The notes beneath the pieces are model-generated. The model did not search any database, was not told the DNA's origin, and saw only the letters and a list, made by a program, of their open reading frames with translations. A stretch of DNA of 63,766 nt, counting the filler, from Octopus bimaculoides (Eukaryota): NCBI RefSeq assembly GCF_001194135.2. It is 3 parts of 3 records of this genome, joined end to end, with 100 filler letters (N's around TTAATTAATTAA, not from the genome) between each part and the next. Parts side by side here need not be neighbours in the genome. Positions count along the whole stretch, not along the records: positions 1 to 30,035 come from NC_068988.1; 2 more parts are not named here. One strand, 5' to 3'. This document shows, in pieces, positions 11,918 to 24,079 of the stretch (positions within the stretch are counted from its first letter, which is position 1; every line of letters begins with the position of its first letter). Made by a program: the position numbers and the translations under genes.

Positions 11918-12115
11918 ATGATTTCAAAATTTGACACAAGGCCAACAATATCTCTGGGAAGGTAGCAAGTCCATTACATCGACCCTGGTACTTGTCTGGT
12001 ACTCATTTTATCGATCCCGTAATTACGAAAGTTCACCTCAGCGGAATTCGAACTAAGAACGTAGAGACAGAAAAGATGATACTAAGCATTTTGCTCGGCC
12101 AGCCACGCTCGTCAT
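11918..12115 (-). mobile_element. SINE family B, degenerate
   Basis: gatttcaaaattttgacacaaggcc...ctggtactcattttatcgatcccg...cctcagcggaattcgaact...ctaagcattttgctcggc. Confidence 0.75.
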
Positions 12116-12151
12116 TAAATGACTAAAAAGAAAAGAATGAACAACGGTCTA

Positions 12152-12410
12152 GGGAAGGCATATGGCATAGTGGTTAAGAGTGCGGGCTACCAACCCCAAA
12201 ATTTTGAGTTCCATTCCAGGCAGTGGTTATAGCTGACACACAACGATACAACATCCGCTGCCGGGCAGTTGCTGCAAAATTTTCTCTCCACTCATTCACC
12301 TTCACAAGTAGAGTGACTTATGCCAGGTGTGCCTCTTTGTCGTAAAGGGAGAATTGGAAGTACTGTGCTGATTTCGTCGACAACCCGGGAAAAGATCGCT
12401 TGCTCGTAAT
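12152..12410 (+). mobile_element. tRNA-derived SINE-like element, family G
   Basis: tRNA-like head tggcatagtggttaagagtgcgggctacc...gagttccattcc. Single copy in the window, so the 3' limit is uncertain. Confidence 0.5.
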
Positions 12411-12714
12411 GCCTCTTCCACTACTTACTTCACCGTGTTGTAATTGCTGCCATTGATCTTGTTGATGTTGTTGTTCATGGTTTTGTTATTTTTGTCCTTG
12501 TTGTTGTAGTTGCTTTTTCACTGATGTTATTACTGTTGTTGCCGTTGCTTTTGCTCCTGCCGTTTTGGTTTGTGCCGGTGTTCTCTTTGAAAACCATAAA
12601 CGTTATTGTTACCATTGCTAGAGTTGTTACTTGTGTTATTACTGTTTTTCCTGTGCAATTTTTTTCTAATGACGTCAGTAAAAGTATGATTCTTTATTCT
12701 TGCTACCTTCTCAG

Positions 12715-12785
12715 TGAATCTGGAGGAAGACATCATGGGCGCCATATCGCCAACACAAAAATCAGAAACAGAGGAGAGCAAATAA
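12715..12785 (+). CDS. Candidate terminal coding exon of an unidentified host gene
   Basis: Pyrimidine-rich acceptor ttctttattcttgctaccttctcag, then a phase-1 frame xNLEEDIMGAISPTQKSETEESK* followed by AATAAA. No homology recognised. Confidence 0.25.
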
Positions 12786-12949
12786 AATATGACAAAAACC
12801 GTGTTCTTTAGAGAATAAACAAACGGCCCTTTTCACTTCGTGAAGTAGGAGCCAAGATTTAACAATTTTTTTCTGAGAGTAAACAAATTGTTTCCAATAA
12901 TGTTTAACATACCTTCGAAGCCGCTACAACGTATGTCCACAACAGACGA

Positions 12950-13002
<53 letters not shown>

Positions 13003-13012
13003 NNNNNNNNNN

Positions 13013-13060
<48 letters not shown>
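12950..13060. repeat. (TAG)n microsatellite containing a small gap
   Basis: Directly visible. Confidence 0.95.
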
Positions 13061-13061
<1 letters not shown>

Positions 13062-13244
13062 GACACGGTATATTAATGTATTTTGCAGAATCTCTATTTT
13101 AAGAGGATATCAACAAATAAACGACATTTGCTAAGTGGTGTGGGAACTATCATACACACATATACATAGCGGTCTCTCTCTCTCTCAAATATATAAAAGG
13201 TGGCAATTTAAAGTTTCCCGTTTTAACATTACCTTATACATTGG

Positions 13245-13460
13245 CACTAAATATATGGCTCAGTGGGGTTAGAGCATCGGGATCACAAGCATGAGTTAGT
13301 AAGTTCGATTCCTAGACCGAGCCGTGTGTTGTGCTCTTGAGCAGGACACTTTATTTCACGTTGCTCCACTTCACGCAGCAGTAGAAACAAGTTGCCAAGT
13401 CACTGGTGCCTAGCAGTATCGATCTTTGCCTTTCCCTTGGATAACATCGGTGGTGTGTAC
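13245..13460 (+). mobile_element. tRNA-derived SINE, family D
   Basis: tggctcagtggggttagagc...gttcgattcc...cttgagcaggacactttatttcacgttgctcc. Confidence 0.75.
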
Positions 13461-15026
13461 AGGTGAGTTTGGTATGCATGGACAACTACTGGTCTTCTAT
13501 GAACAACCTTGTTCGGACTTGTAGCTCAGAAGGGGAACATTCTACGTGCGATTCCATGGTCACTTATGACCGAAGTGGGTTTTTACCCATTATACTTTGG
13601 ATGCATTTAGTGATGTTTGCTTGTTTAAAGGTCTCTGGGTGTAAACAGAAAATATTTCTTCTCTTCGCATCTCTTTCTCCTTCTTTCTCTCTCTCTCTCT
13701 ATCTCTCTCTCTCTCTATCTCTCTCTCTCTCTCTCTCTCTTTCTTCCTCTCTCTATCTGTCTCTCCCCACCACTATCTCTCTATCCCTCTCTCATTTCTT
13801 CGTTCTCCCAATACATACATAATTTCATGGTTAAGAAGTACTCTTTGAAACCACCTGAATTTGAGAGCGCACCCAGTGAGCACCACACTGTACAAGTGCT
13901 TTCTATCATAGTTGCGGACAGATCAGTATCTTGTGAATTAATTTCTTCCACGGAAACAGTGTGGAAGCTCATATTTAAGCAGAACCGTTATTTTACTGAT
14001 TTAACCAAGACATGTTGTCAAGTAGAGCGAGACAGCACAGAGGCACACTCTCACTGACAAAGACATACACACATATTCATCCAAGCTCTCTCTCTATCTC
14101 TCTCTCTCTCTCTTTCTCTCTTTCTCTCTCTCTCTTTCTCTCTCTCCCTCTCCCTCTCTCCCTCTCACTCTCTCTCTCTCTCTCTTTCATACACACGCTT
14201 CTCTGTATATGTTTATGCTTGAGTGTCTGGCGGTCTTCTGCTCAGTTTCTGCCAAATTTCAATCAAAAGAAGCTGATGCAGAATAAACTTGCCCAAAATA
14301 CTGAGCAGATGGCTTTGAACATGGAATCAAACAGTTAGCGTTAAGAAGCGATACAGACCTCTTAATCATACCTCCCTTCTTGCACCTGCAACTCTGTATC
14401 TGTGTCTGTATGTGTGTAGCATTATGATATTGAAAAAAAAATTTGATATATACTTTTATCAAATTCTACTATGACAATGCTAATACTAAAGCGCAATTAA
14501 TTTCATAACACCATTTAAATTGTTAAAAACATGAATGTGATACTAACGACTGTAGATAAATATTAAGATAATGTAACAATACGATGTTATATCTTAAACA
14601 ATAGATAAAAGATGATTTTGAAAAATGGCATTATAGCTCAAACAATAAAGGCTTTGTTTAAATTATACAACAAAAACAAAAATAAGACTACGAAATTTAA
14701 TAACGCTACGAATATTTACGAATTCATTTATAAGTTTGCTATTGTTTGGTGAATCGTTAATTATTTTTCTAAAATGTATTTCATAAATTTCAATGTTGGA
14801 CGTTGGGAGGTAAGGTCTTTTGTATGTGAGAAAGACTTTTTTAACGAACAACGCATATCTAATAAACGCATATATGCATGTTTAAGTGTGTGCATGTGTG
14901 GGTTTCTTGTAGCTTTCCTACAAATGTGCAGTGCTCAATGCAGAATTGTATAAAATGTGAGCAGTCTGTTTTAATCGTGTGTTCATAAACTCAAACTAAA
15001 ATTTCCAAACGTGCTGTGACCTAGAG

Positions 15027-15336
15027 TGGAGGCGCAATGGCCCAGTGGTAAGGGCAGCGGACTCGTGGTCGGAGGATCACGGTTTCGATTCCCAGACCGG
15101 GCGTTGTGTTTGTGTTTATTGAGCAAAAACACCTAAAGCTCCACGTGGCTCCGGCGGGGGGTGTGGCGACCCCTGTTGTACTCTCTCGCCCCATCTTTCT
15201 CTCACTCTTTCTTCCTGTTTCTTGAGTAACGCTGCGATGGACTGGCGTCCCGTCCAACTGGGAGGAACACATATGCCATAGAAACCGGGAAACCGGGCCC
15301 ATGAGGCTGGCTGGGCTTTAAAAGGGTGCAAAAAAA
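15027..15336 (+). mobile_element. SINE family A head and body with an alternative 3' tail (A')
   Basis: Matches family A up to cttcctgtttct, then gagtaacgctgcgatggactggcgtcccgtcc...gaaaccgggcccatgag...aaaagggtgcaaaaaaa. Confidence 0.85.
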
Positions 15337-15344
15337 GCTATGCC

Positions 15345-15790
15345 CTAGAGAAACACACCACTATCGAAATATATTTGGTAATCACATGGGAATAAACTGA
15401 CAATCAAAGAGCAGTAACATCAGCAGTCACTTTCTTAGAGAAAATGCGCATCATCTGAAATCCTGTCTTAATCCTAGACATAATATCCAAACTCTTCTCC
15501 ATTTGGTTCCACATGATACATTTCTTACTGATTAGCTTTAAAAAAAAGTGCAACCCCAAGCACCTGATCAAAAGAGTGGATGCCTCAGACAATATGGGCA
15601 TCCGCTTGACCAAACACATGTATCGAGCTGCATGACCAACTGATTATATGTGAAGCAGAATCGCCATCAGACACCCGTTGACACCTTTTTTTCCACAAAA
15701 GATCTTTATATTTTTGCCACTCACATTCGTAGTCAGAATCGGTATAATCAATACAATATTGAGGAGGTCTCATATAACTGTAACATGCCC
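15345..15790 (-). mobile_element. Degenerate LINE RT/thumb remnant, possibly Tx1/L1-like
   Basis: Frameshifted translation MQLDTC..MPILS..LIRCLGLHF..QMEKSLDIMSRI..RIFSKKVTADV resembles the LGxWF..QMEKNW..RxLSLKGRAEV segment of Tx1-type RTs (recalled similarity). Confidence 0.4.
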
Positions 15791-16480
15791 GGAGTTATCA
15801 CATTATATTCCATAGAAAGAATTTAAAATTTGGATTTGTCTTCCTTAAAATTTATTTGACTAAAACTCATTAGCACTATTGTCCTTTCGCTTTACACTGA
15901 ATGAGTGACTTCAATGGATTAAAAATATTGATGCGTTTAGTTCTCATTTAATTGTTTTCTGTTTTTCTTTTTTTAAACAAAAGGCAACCTCGAGAAAAGA
16001 CTCCCGTGACACTATTATAAATCATAAACGTTTTTTATTTTTTCCTGGCGAAAACTTTTGCTTTATCTTTAGTGGGGTAAAGAACATAAAAATATTTCTT
16101 TTGTAACTACATCAGTTCAGTAAAAGTTCTGTTTGAGCTGGTTGTGACAAGGAAATATAGGATGCAGTTTCATAAGGGAACGAAGGCAGTTTGAACATGT
16201 TGAAAAGAAATAAGAAGAAAGAAATTGGTTGTGAGAATGAGCGTAAATCGATGAATGGAATTGATATATTAAAATCAATACGCTTCACAAGTAAGGTTCA
16301 TACCACTCCTCCCAAATCATTCTTGACAGTTATATATGTATCTTATATATCATTTAAAATTTATGCATGTCTGTGTTATCATTCTTGTTGCAAATATTGC
16401 AGTGTTCTGTGTTGATTTCCATACATATGCCCGTTCAAAGATATTACTTGATAATAAAAAATGCATAGTTAAGATTAACA

Positions 16481-16611
16481 ATAATAATCTTTTATACTGT
16501 AGGAACAAAACCTGAAATCTGGGGGCATGGGGCTGGTCGATTACGTCGAACCCAGTACTCAACTGCTACCTTATTTCATCGATCCAAAAAAGGGATGAAT
16601 GTTAATGTCGA
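16481..16611 (-). mobile_element. SINE family B, 3' part
   Basis: gtcgattacgtcgaacccagtactcaactgctaccttatttcatcgatcc. Confidence 0.7.
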
Positions 16612-17309
16612 CACAAGAAATTACAGACCTATAACGTGCCTACCGTCAACATATAATGTCCTCGCAGTAATTATGTATATCCGATTGTCTACACGTCTGG
16701 AAAACAAACATGTATTACCAGAAGAACAAAATGGGTGGTAGAAAAGGAAGTATTGCTGTACAGAACAGCTACTGGTGAATTGTACCACTATAGAAAATTC
16801 TACCGAGAGGAAAAAAACTCAAGATGGCATGAATTGATTACCAGAAAGTTTCTGACAGTATTCCATACTTATGAATATTAGAGTCTCCCCTGATAATTAA
16901 AGTAGCCACAACACTGCTACAGAATATATTTCATTCTAAGAGAAAATTGAAAAACTGTTGTGACGAAAAGATACAAAAATGTCATTGAAAGCTACCCTAT
17001 AGGAATATTCTATGTATAGCGTCCATCATTCTTTTCTGCCTTACTCTAACCCCACTAACGAACTTACTTAATGAAACTCCCATAAGATTTAGATGTTACA
17101 GACAAAATACAAATTACCTCCTATATATGAATACCTGAAATACCTTTATAAAAAACAGGATTAGAAAAGCCTCTAAAAATTTTCCATAGTATCAGCAAAG
17201 ACATAAGGACGATTAAAAGATTAAACACATGCTCCAAAACAACAATTAGAAGTGGCAAATTAACCAGCACGAATGAAACGTTAGATACAGAGATTGAAAA
17301 CAGTGATTT

Positions 17310-17600
17310 AGATCACAACCATCCACACACTCACACACTCACATACACACACGTATATGTATATATNNNNNNNNNNNNNNNNNNNNNNNNNNNNNNNNNN
17401 NNNNNNNNNNNNNNNNNNNNNNNNNNNNNNNNNNNNNNNNNNNNNNNNNNNNNNNNNNNNNNNNNNNNNNNNNNNNNNNNNNNNNNNNNNNNNNNNNNNN
17501 NNNNNNNNNNNNNNNNNNNNNNNNNNNNNNNNNTATATATATATATATTTACATTCTTTTATTCTTTTACTTGTTTCAGTCATGCTGCTATGCAACACAT
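17310..17600 (-). mobile_element. Short family C SINE remnant with an internal microsatellite and gap
   Basis: ttcttttattcttttacttgtttcagtcatgctgc after the gap and cacaaccatccacac before it. Confidence 0.55.
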
Positions 17601-18627
17601 GGAAATTGAATAGTAACTTATGAAAGAATACTATAGAAGAGCGAGACCAATATTAAGAACCGAACTGAATGCTAGCAATAAGATAATAGGTATAAATATG
17701 TTATCCAAACAAGTTATAAACTACATCTTCAATATGATAAATTGGAACTTAAATGAGTTCAAATGTTTTGATAGAAAAGTGCTGACAGCATAATGATGTC
17801 ACCATCTCAGAGCAAATATAGACAGAATATAGTTTGCCCACGCAGAAACACAAGGAAGCCCGATACAAACAGAAAATTTGTATAAAATAACAACAGTTGG
17901 ACTGGACAAATAATTAGAAACCAATGAAGGAAGACTTATAAGTATAATAAAGAAACATAGAAAAAACTTTTCTCAATTATCAACGAAGCGATATTAGACA
18001 CAAATTACACTGAAACAATAAATTTAGATAACTCAATAGAAATGGTTACAGAGACAAAAAAAAAACAAACAATACGAAAACAAAATAACAAAATATACTA
18101 AAGAATAACATCGAGAAGCAAACCACTGAACAGCAATTATCCCGCAAAACACGACAGAGAAATAAAAGTCAAGTGAAAAGTGAAGAATGGACCCGAAATT
18201 CCTGTATAAAAGCAGAAACGGAAGGAAGGATTCAAACAACTATAAAAATGAAACAAAGGAAATTGATCATAAAACCACACGTGGAATGTACAATCAGGAC
18301 ACTGAGACAATTGACCGCATCATTTCTGGCTACCCAATTCTTACTATAACTGAATATATACATAGGCTTGATCGAGTTGGGAACTACATCCTTTCTGCAA
18401 TTTGCCAACACGTCGATGTCAAAACGAAGAAGTGGTGCCGTCATGTACCATATACGATACAGGACAACAAGCTAGCTAAAATAATCCGGAATATGCCTGT
18501 TCACACTAAGAAATAAATCAAGGCAAACCGTCCAGTCATAATAATAAAGGACTGCAAGACAAACACATACAAACTGATAGACATCAGAATCCCTTCTGAA
18601 GAAAATATTGCTTGCAAAGAATATGAA

Positions 18628-19044
18628 TAGGCGCAGGAGTGGCTGTGTGGTAAGTAGCTTGCTTACCAACCACATGGTTCCGGGTTCATTCCCACTGCGT
18701 GGCACCTTGGGCAAGTGTCTTCTACTATAGCCTCGGGCCGACCAAAGCCTTGTGAGTGGATTTGGTAGACGGAAACTGAAAGAAGCCTGTCGTATATATG
18801 TGTATATATTATATGTATATATGTTTGTGCGTATGTGTGTCTGTGTTTGTCTCCCCAACATCGCTTGACAACCGATGGTGGTATGTTTACGTCCCCGTAA
18901 CATAGCGGTTCAGCAAAAGGAGACCGATAGAACAAGTACTAGGCATCCAAAGAATAAGTCCTGGGGTCGATTTACTCGACTAAAAGCGGTGCTCCAGCAT
19001 GGCCACAGTCAAATGACTGAAACACGTAAAAGAGTAAAAGAGTA
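18628..19044 (+). mobile_element. Full-length tRNA-derived SINE, family C, with a CORE-like block and an internal (TA)/(TG) microsatellite
   Basis: Head taggcgcaggagtggctgtgtggtaag, B box gggttcattccc, gcaccttgggcaagtgtctt (resembles the CORE domain), microsatellite at about 18795-18845, tail gtaaaagagtaaaagagta. Confidence 0.9.
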
Positions 19045-19699
19045 TCCATGAACATATAAGGACCTTGAAATCAAAATATTCAGACCAAAACAATATCTAA
19101 GGGATCTGGATCAGTAGAATACCTCAAATAGGACTCTCTTCACACACAATACACATTCTATACATTAAGCACGTAATAATAAAAATCAACACAACTCACG
19201 CAACATATAATCAAGAAAATTACGATACCCTATCAAATAATTCAACTCGAATTACACACACTACGCACAACTAAAGAAATACAGATACCACAAGAAACAT
19301 TAATTAAACCTCATAATAAGACAAACCGATGCACTACACCGATAAGAGTCTATAACAGGAGTGTATATTCCTAGATAATGCTGCTAAAACTTTTGAAAGA
19401 CAGAGATGATGTAATACTGGCCGGAATCTGTTGTTCGAAATCGAACCGTTATAATTAACTTGACAAGACCAGGTTTTAGACTGTAAGCAACAAATATATA
19501 TACAATGTTTGATGACCATTACTATAGGGGCGGTGTGGATTAGGTACATGTGAAGGTAGAGAATGATGGGAGAGAACTACACTGGTGCAGGGGATGAGAA
19601 AGGCAGTTTACAGTGACATCAAAAGCAAGTACATAGGGAGTACTACAAGTACTCCTTTAAAAGAAAAAGTGTAAACCCAATTGCTAAAGAAGACAGAAA

Positions 19700-20130
19700 C
19701 AAGACATAAGGACCATCACGAGAAAAATACAAATAAGCACTGACAAAGCGAATTTTGGAGTCTACGAATGAAGTGTGAGAAAAGAATTCTTGGAATTGTC
19801 TTCGAGGATGAAATTTGAAATAAATTAAGTGCTCTGAACCAGTCTATTACAACAAATGCCAAGAGTAAATATAAGCTTGAAGAAGCAATATCGCCTCTGT
19901 GTAGATTATGCAGTATGCATGATGACAGGGTGGCAGATTTAGTATCTGAATGTTAGTTACTTTTACAGATAGGACAAGAAGTGACGACATGACCAAGTTA
20001 CTTTTTATACATTGGAAACTTTGCATGGGAAGACAAAGTTTAAACACCAGCCTGAGGTGTTATTTGAGTCAGAGAGTTGGCAAATATCGTGTGATTTTAC
20101 AATACACCGTTGTTTTCCGGGACAATTTTC
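19700..20130 (+). mobile_element. R4/Dong-like LINE CCHC-endonuclease remnant
   Basis: SPLCRLCSMHDDRVADLVSEC, RHDQV, IHWKLC, HQPEVLFESESWQI across frames. Confidence 0.65.
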
Positions 20131-20394
20131 AATGAGCGGCATATATTTTAAATGATAAATATGCTATGATTTAGTCATTAAGTGCATCCCTTGGCACTAC
20201 CTTACACCAGACAGTTAACCGTTTGACTGATGAAGACGAGAAAGTGAGTCAGGGCTTCTTGTTACTTGGAAAACATATAATAAATTGGATGCTAATGTAA
20301 AAAATACAACGAACTCAGTAATCTTAATTAGTTAAAATAACACTCGTTTTAAGAAGAATAAATATTCCTTAGCTAAATTAACATTTCTTGTTAG

Positions 20395-20481
20395 GAAATT
20401 CAGGTGTTAAGCAGATTGGTTACGAACTCCTGAACTGCAATGTGAAATATGCAGATATGATACTTAACCTTTGTCTAACTG
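20395..20481 (+). CDS. Candidate internal 87-nt, phase 1-1 host exon
   Basis: Acceptor attaacatttcttgttag, donor ctg|GTAAGT, open frame xNSGVKQIGYELLNCNVKYADMILNLCLTx, in non-repetitive sequence. Confidence 0.4.
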
Positions 20482-22034
20482 GTAAGTAAATTAATTTGCT
20501 TAATCATTCCCTTTCTATTTTGAGTAAGAATCAATAACATATATTGTTATATCACATTGCGTGCCTATAGATGGATAATTAAAGCTATTGATTCCTAAAT
20601 TCTGACTGCTCACTACTTTCTGCTATATAATGATCAAAGGTTTGTATAACTTCGTGTTTATGTCTGTTTTTCATGACTTTTTATGTGCATTCCTGTACTG
20701 AAACCGATACTGTTGCACTTAGTAATGGCCATTGCCTCAATAAAATAACATGCACTGGTTGGAGTTACTCATTCCAGCAGTAGAACTAAAAATCGTTGAA
20801 AAGGCCACGATGGTAACAAAAATAATTATGACAAACTAATCAATTAATTGATTAATAGAATTATTAAATGAAGTTAACTACAACTATTATTGGCAGAATG
20901 ACCAGAAAGACACTCCTAATGTACAAAATTAGATTTCATAAATATTACTATTTTTTAATCAACAGCAGACTAAACAAATGTGAAATATTTCTGTTTACAC
21001 AATATATGAAAAAATGTATTTATGGTTGTTGTTCTTGTAATTATTGTGGACTACTTTTTCTAATTTAATTCGCAAAATCCTCGGTGACCTCAAACTCTCT
21101 TAAATTCCTTGCTAACTTTGCAGGAGATTTCTTTGTGCTCTCAGTTATCTGTTCTAGGAGTGCTAATCTCGTTTGGCTTAGCTTGCTGGATTTTAGCTTC
21201 AACTAATACAAGCGGCTCGGATTAATGCATAAACCAGATCTCGCAAGCGGGACAGGGACAATTATTTCCAAAATCCTTATTCAAAATTAAGGACAAAGTA
21301 AATGCGGAGGTGGGGGCCAAGATAATTTATTACGAATTTATTCACAATGAAGAAAGCAAAAGATATGAAGGAAAAATTCTTCCACATAATATATATGAAC
21401 TGCTACTAAATAAGAAAAAAGAAATGAATTATCCAAAGGAATGTATACTTGAAAAGACTAATGCTTAGTAGAATGTTTGCCGTTTTATTTGAAAAACTAT
21501 TCATTACCGCTCATACCATATAGAATTCATTTGGAATAAAATGTACGTGAAAACAAATGAATCATTCGGCTCAGAGTTTATCAACAAAATTATTTGGAAA
21601 TAGGTTACATCTTTTGATATGATCTATTTTATGCATAAAAAATCTGCATTTGTTGAGATAACAAAATAATCTCCGAGGTGATTTGAAAAATCATCGGAAC
21701 CAATGTCAATGAAAACTCTAGTCGAACTCTGATTCTGAACGCCTGCAGAAGATCGAAAATTTAAAATTTATTACAATATCGTTTCATGAAACTGTGCAGG
21801 AAGCGGAACCAAATATTGTTTCTGAACGGATCCAGACCACGTGTCGGATACTTGATATCTCTGCTTTATGCTATGTTTTTCCCGTGTTACTCAACTGAAT
21901 AATTTTGTACTATAGGCATAAACACAAGAATATGAGGAGAGTAGTTGATTAATTTTAGCTTAGTATATGACTGGGTCTTTCTTTATTGACATGGGAATAA
22001 TGAAAGTTAAATTTCATGCAACTGGGAGTATCTT

Positions 22035-22135
22035 GCACCTATATAAATCCACCATTCACTCCTACATGAAAGACTGCTGTCAACTTTGGGCTGCTGCCTC
22101 TTCATGGAATTCAGAATCGAGTTGTTAACGTGATG
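22035..22135 (+). mobile_element. CR1/L2-like LINE C-terminal remnant
   Basis: LYKSTIHSYMKDCCQLWAAAS resembles the LYKSxIRPxMEYCCHIWAGA motif. Confidence 0.5.
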
Positions 22136-22269
22136 GATTTCTTCTTTCTCTTAGTTCGAAGTTTTTAGCTCATCGTCGAAAGAAATCTTGTTGTCTCTTA
22201 CTAAAAATATTCCCTTGGTCATTGATCTGATTAACTCGCTGGCTTAGTAGCTTCAGTTAAGGCTTTTAA

Positions 22270-22510
22270 ACTTTAGTCGACTTACTCCTCCCTCAAAATT
22301 GCTGGCGTTGTATCAAAATCTGAAACCAATATGTAACATGTACAAAAAGGCGAGCTGTCAGAATCGTTAGTACACCGGGCAAAATGCTTTGTAGCGTTTT
22401 GTCCGCCTCCGCCAAGGTCAACTTTGCCTTTTATCCTTTCAGGGTTGATAAACTAAGTGCAAGCCGAGCGCTGGGGTCAATCTAATCGTCTTACCCCCTC
22501 ACTTGAAACC
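22270..22510 (+). mobile_element. Two adjacent family B SINEs: a 3' remnant, then a copy at 22346-22510
   Basis: Both end in tgaaacc. A 19-bp duplication aatatgtaa(c/t)atgtacaaa lies at 22328-22346 and 22511-22529. Confidence 0.75.
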
Positions 22511-24079
22511 AATATGTAATATGTACAAACCTGAACAGGATGTTCGCCGACTCGCTCATCCTTGTTTCATGCCATTTCAGTAATACCAATTCGTGACAGA
22601 AAATTAGATAGACTGATACAATCGGTAAAGCATCGTATAAAATGCATTGCAGCAATTGATTCGGACCTTCGCATTTCTGTAGTCAATCAACATTACCTTC
22701 CATAATTTTTCAAATAACGTATCAGTTCAGTACTGGGGATAGACCTAATTAACTAAGAGTTGTGTCTCGTAGATGTCTTCAAGCAGTCTATGCTTGAATA
22801 AGCCTACGAAAACTATACTCATTGAGTAGACCAACAGAGTTTTATTAATGCTGCACGCGCTTTCAGGATAGGAGGCGGTAAACCTCCACTACATCATTAT
22901 TTCTATGTCGTATAACGAACACTGGAAATAATATCCGACCTATATCAACTGAAGGCATTTTGACTCTGCCCATGTTTCTTCATTATATTGTTCTCCAATG
23001 TATTCCCTAGCAAACCACAAATATTTTGGTTTCTATTTTAATAAAATATTTCTTTTATATACGTTAGTTCAAACAACATCCATGCAGTTTGTTCAGTTCT
23101 CTAACTTTAACAAGGCATTAAAGTACCACTGGTGACAGAAACAGCGCTCATTTTCTTATTGACACCCATTTCAGTTTCTTTATTGGTACTCTGCAATGTA
23201 AGAAATGATTGCGATGATTAGACAAGCCATTCAGCTTTCGCCACTAATCTTTATATGTGGTCAGATCAGCAGCTACGTTAAACCTAATGATGCATATATG
23301 TCAGCCATCATTTAATTTGACAGCAAAGTTTTAGATTCATTCGAGCATTCCTTTCAGTACTGGTTTGAGCTATCTTTGTCTTTCATACCTTCAGTGCAAT
23401 ATGTAAAGTAGTGCTTTAATACAGCTGACGTTTCTACACACAGTCTTTCTCTCTCTTTCCTCCCTCTCTCTTTCTCTGTATGTACTCACACACACACACA
23501 CACGCACGCACACACGCACATATGGGTAGAGAGGGATTTGGGTGGGTGATTCTTATAAGTTGATATGTTCAAGAAAAACTTTATCATCTCTCTGTGGATT
23601 TGTGAAGAAATACAAAAATTAAAAATCATTAACTTATGCTTGTCCTACGGAAATTTCTCTCAACAAGATCACTTCCGAGAGTTTTACATAGATCAAAGTT
23701 GGCACATACACAGAGTAGATTTCCATTATTTTCTACATGTTTTGGGGAGAATTTCTTCATAGCACCGAAAACTAAAGTGTCACTAGTCTAGTTGATAGTC
23801 CCCGCACTGTTCATAGCCATAAAATCCGATGGAACCTACTCGGATATACTTAAATTAAATGCACTAACAATGCACTTATTATCATTTAGCCTTAAATCAT
23901 CAATCAAAAAGCATTTCAGAGATTAAATGTTTTATATTCATGATCATTAGAAATTCTGTATATCTAACATTCTACTGGTTAATATTGATGCGACCACCGA
24001 AAATACAATTAGGATTATATCCCTATCTCCCGGGCTGGGTTTTGAACCCGTACTCAGTTGGGGACAATGGTATTTCCTT

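Larger units (their letters stand above)
16615..19075 (+). mobile_element. Decayed R4/Dong-like LINE (RT, thumb, CCHC, restriction-like endonuclease), interrupted by two family C SINEs and a gap
   Basis: Broken frames give NYRPITCLPS, LENKHVLPEEQNG, EYYRRARPILRTELNASNKIIGIN, ETIDRIISGYP..EYIHRLDRV and KLIDIRIPSEENIACKEYE. All are R4-clade motifs. Confidence 0.8.

Noticed and set aside
11647-11948. Poly-Ser/Thr/Val ORFs, and the similar poly-Ile/Asn/Leu/Tyr ORFs elsewhere
   Set aside because: Translations of trinucleotide microsatellites.
23105-23210. KVPLVTETALIFLL, resembling a hAT dimerisation domain
   Set aside because: Too short, and the following TTYLCE motif is absent.
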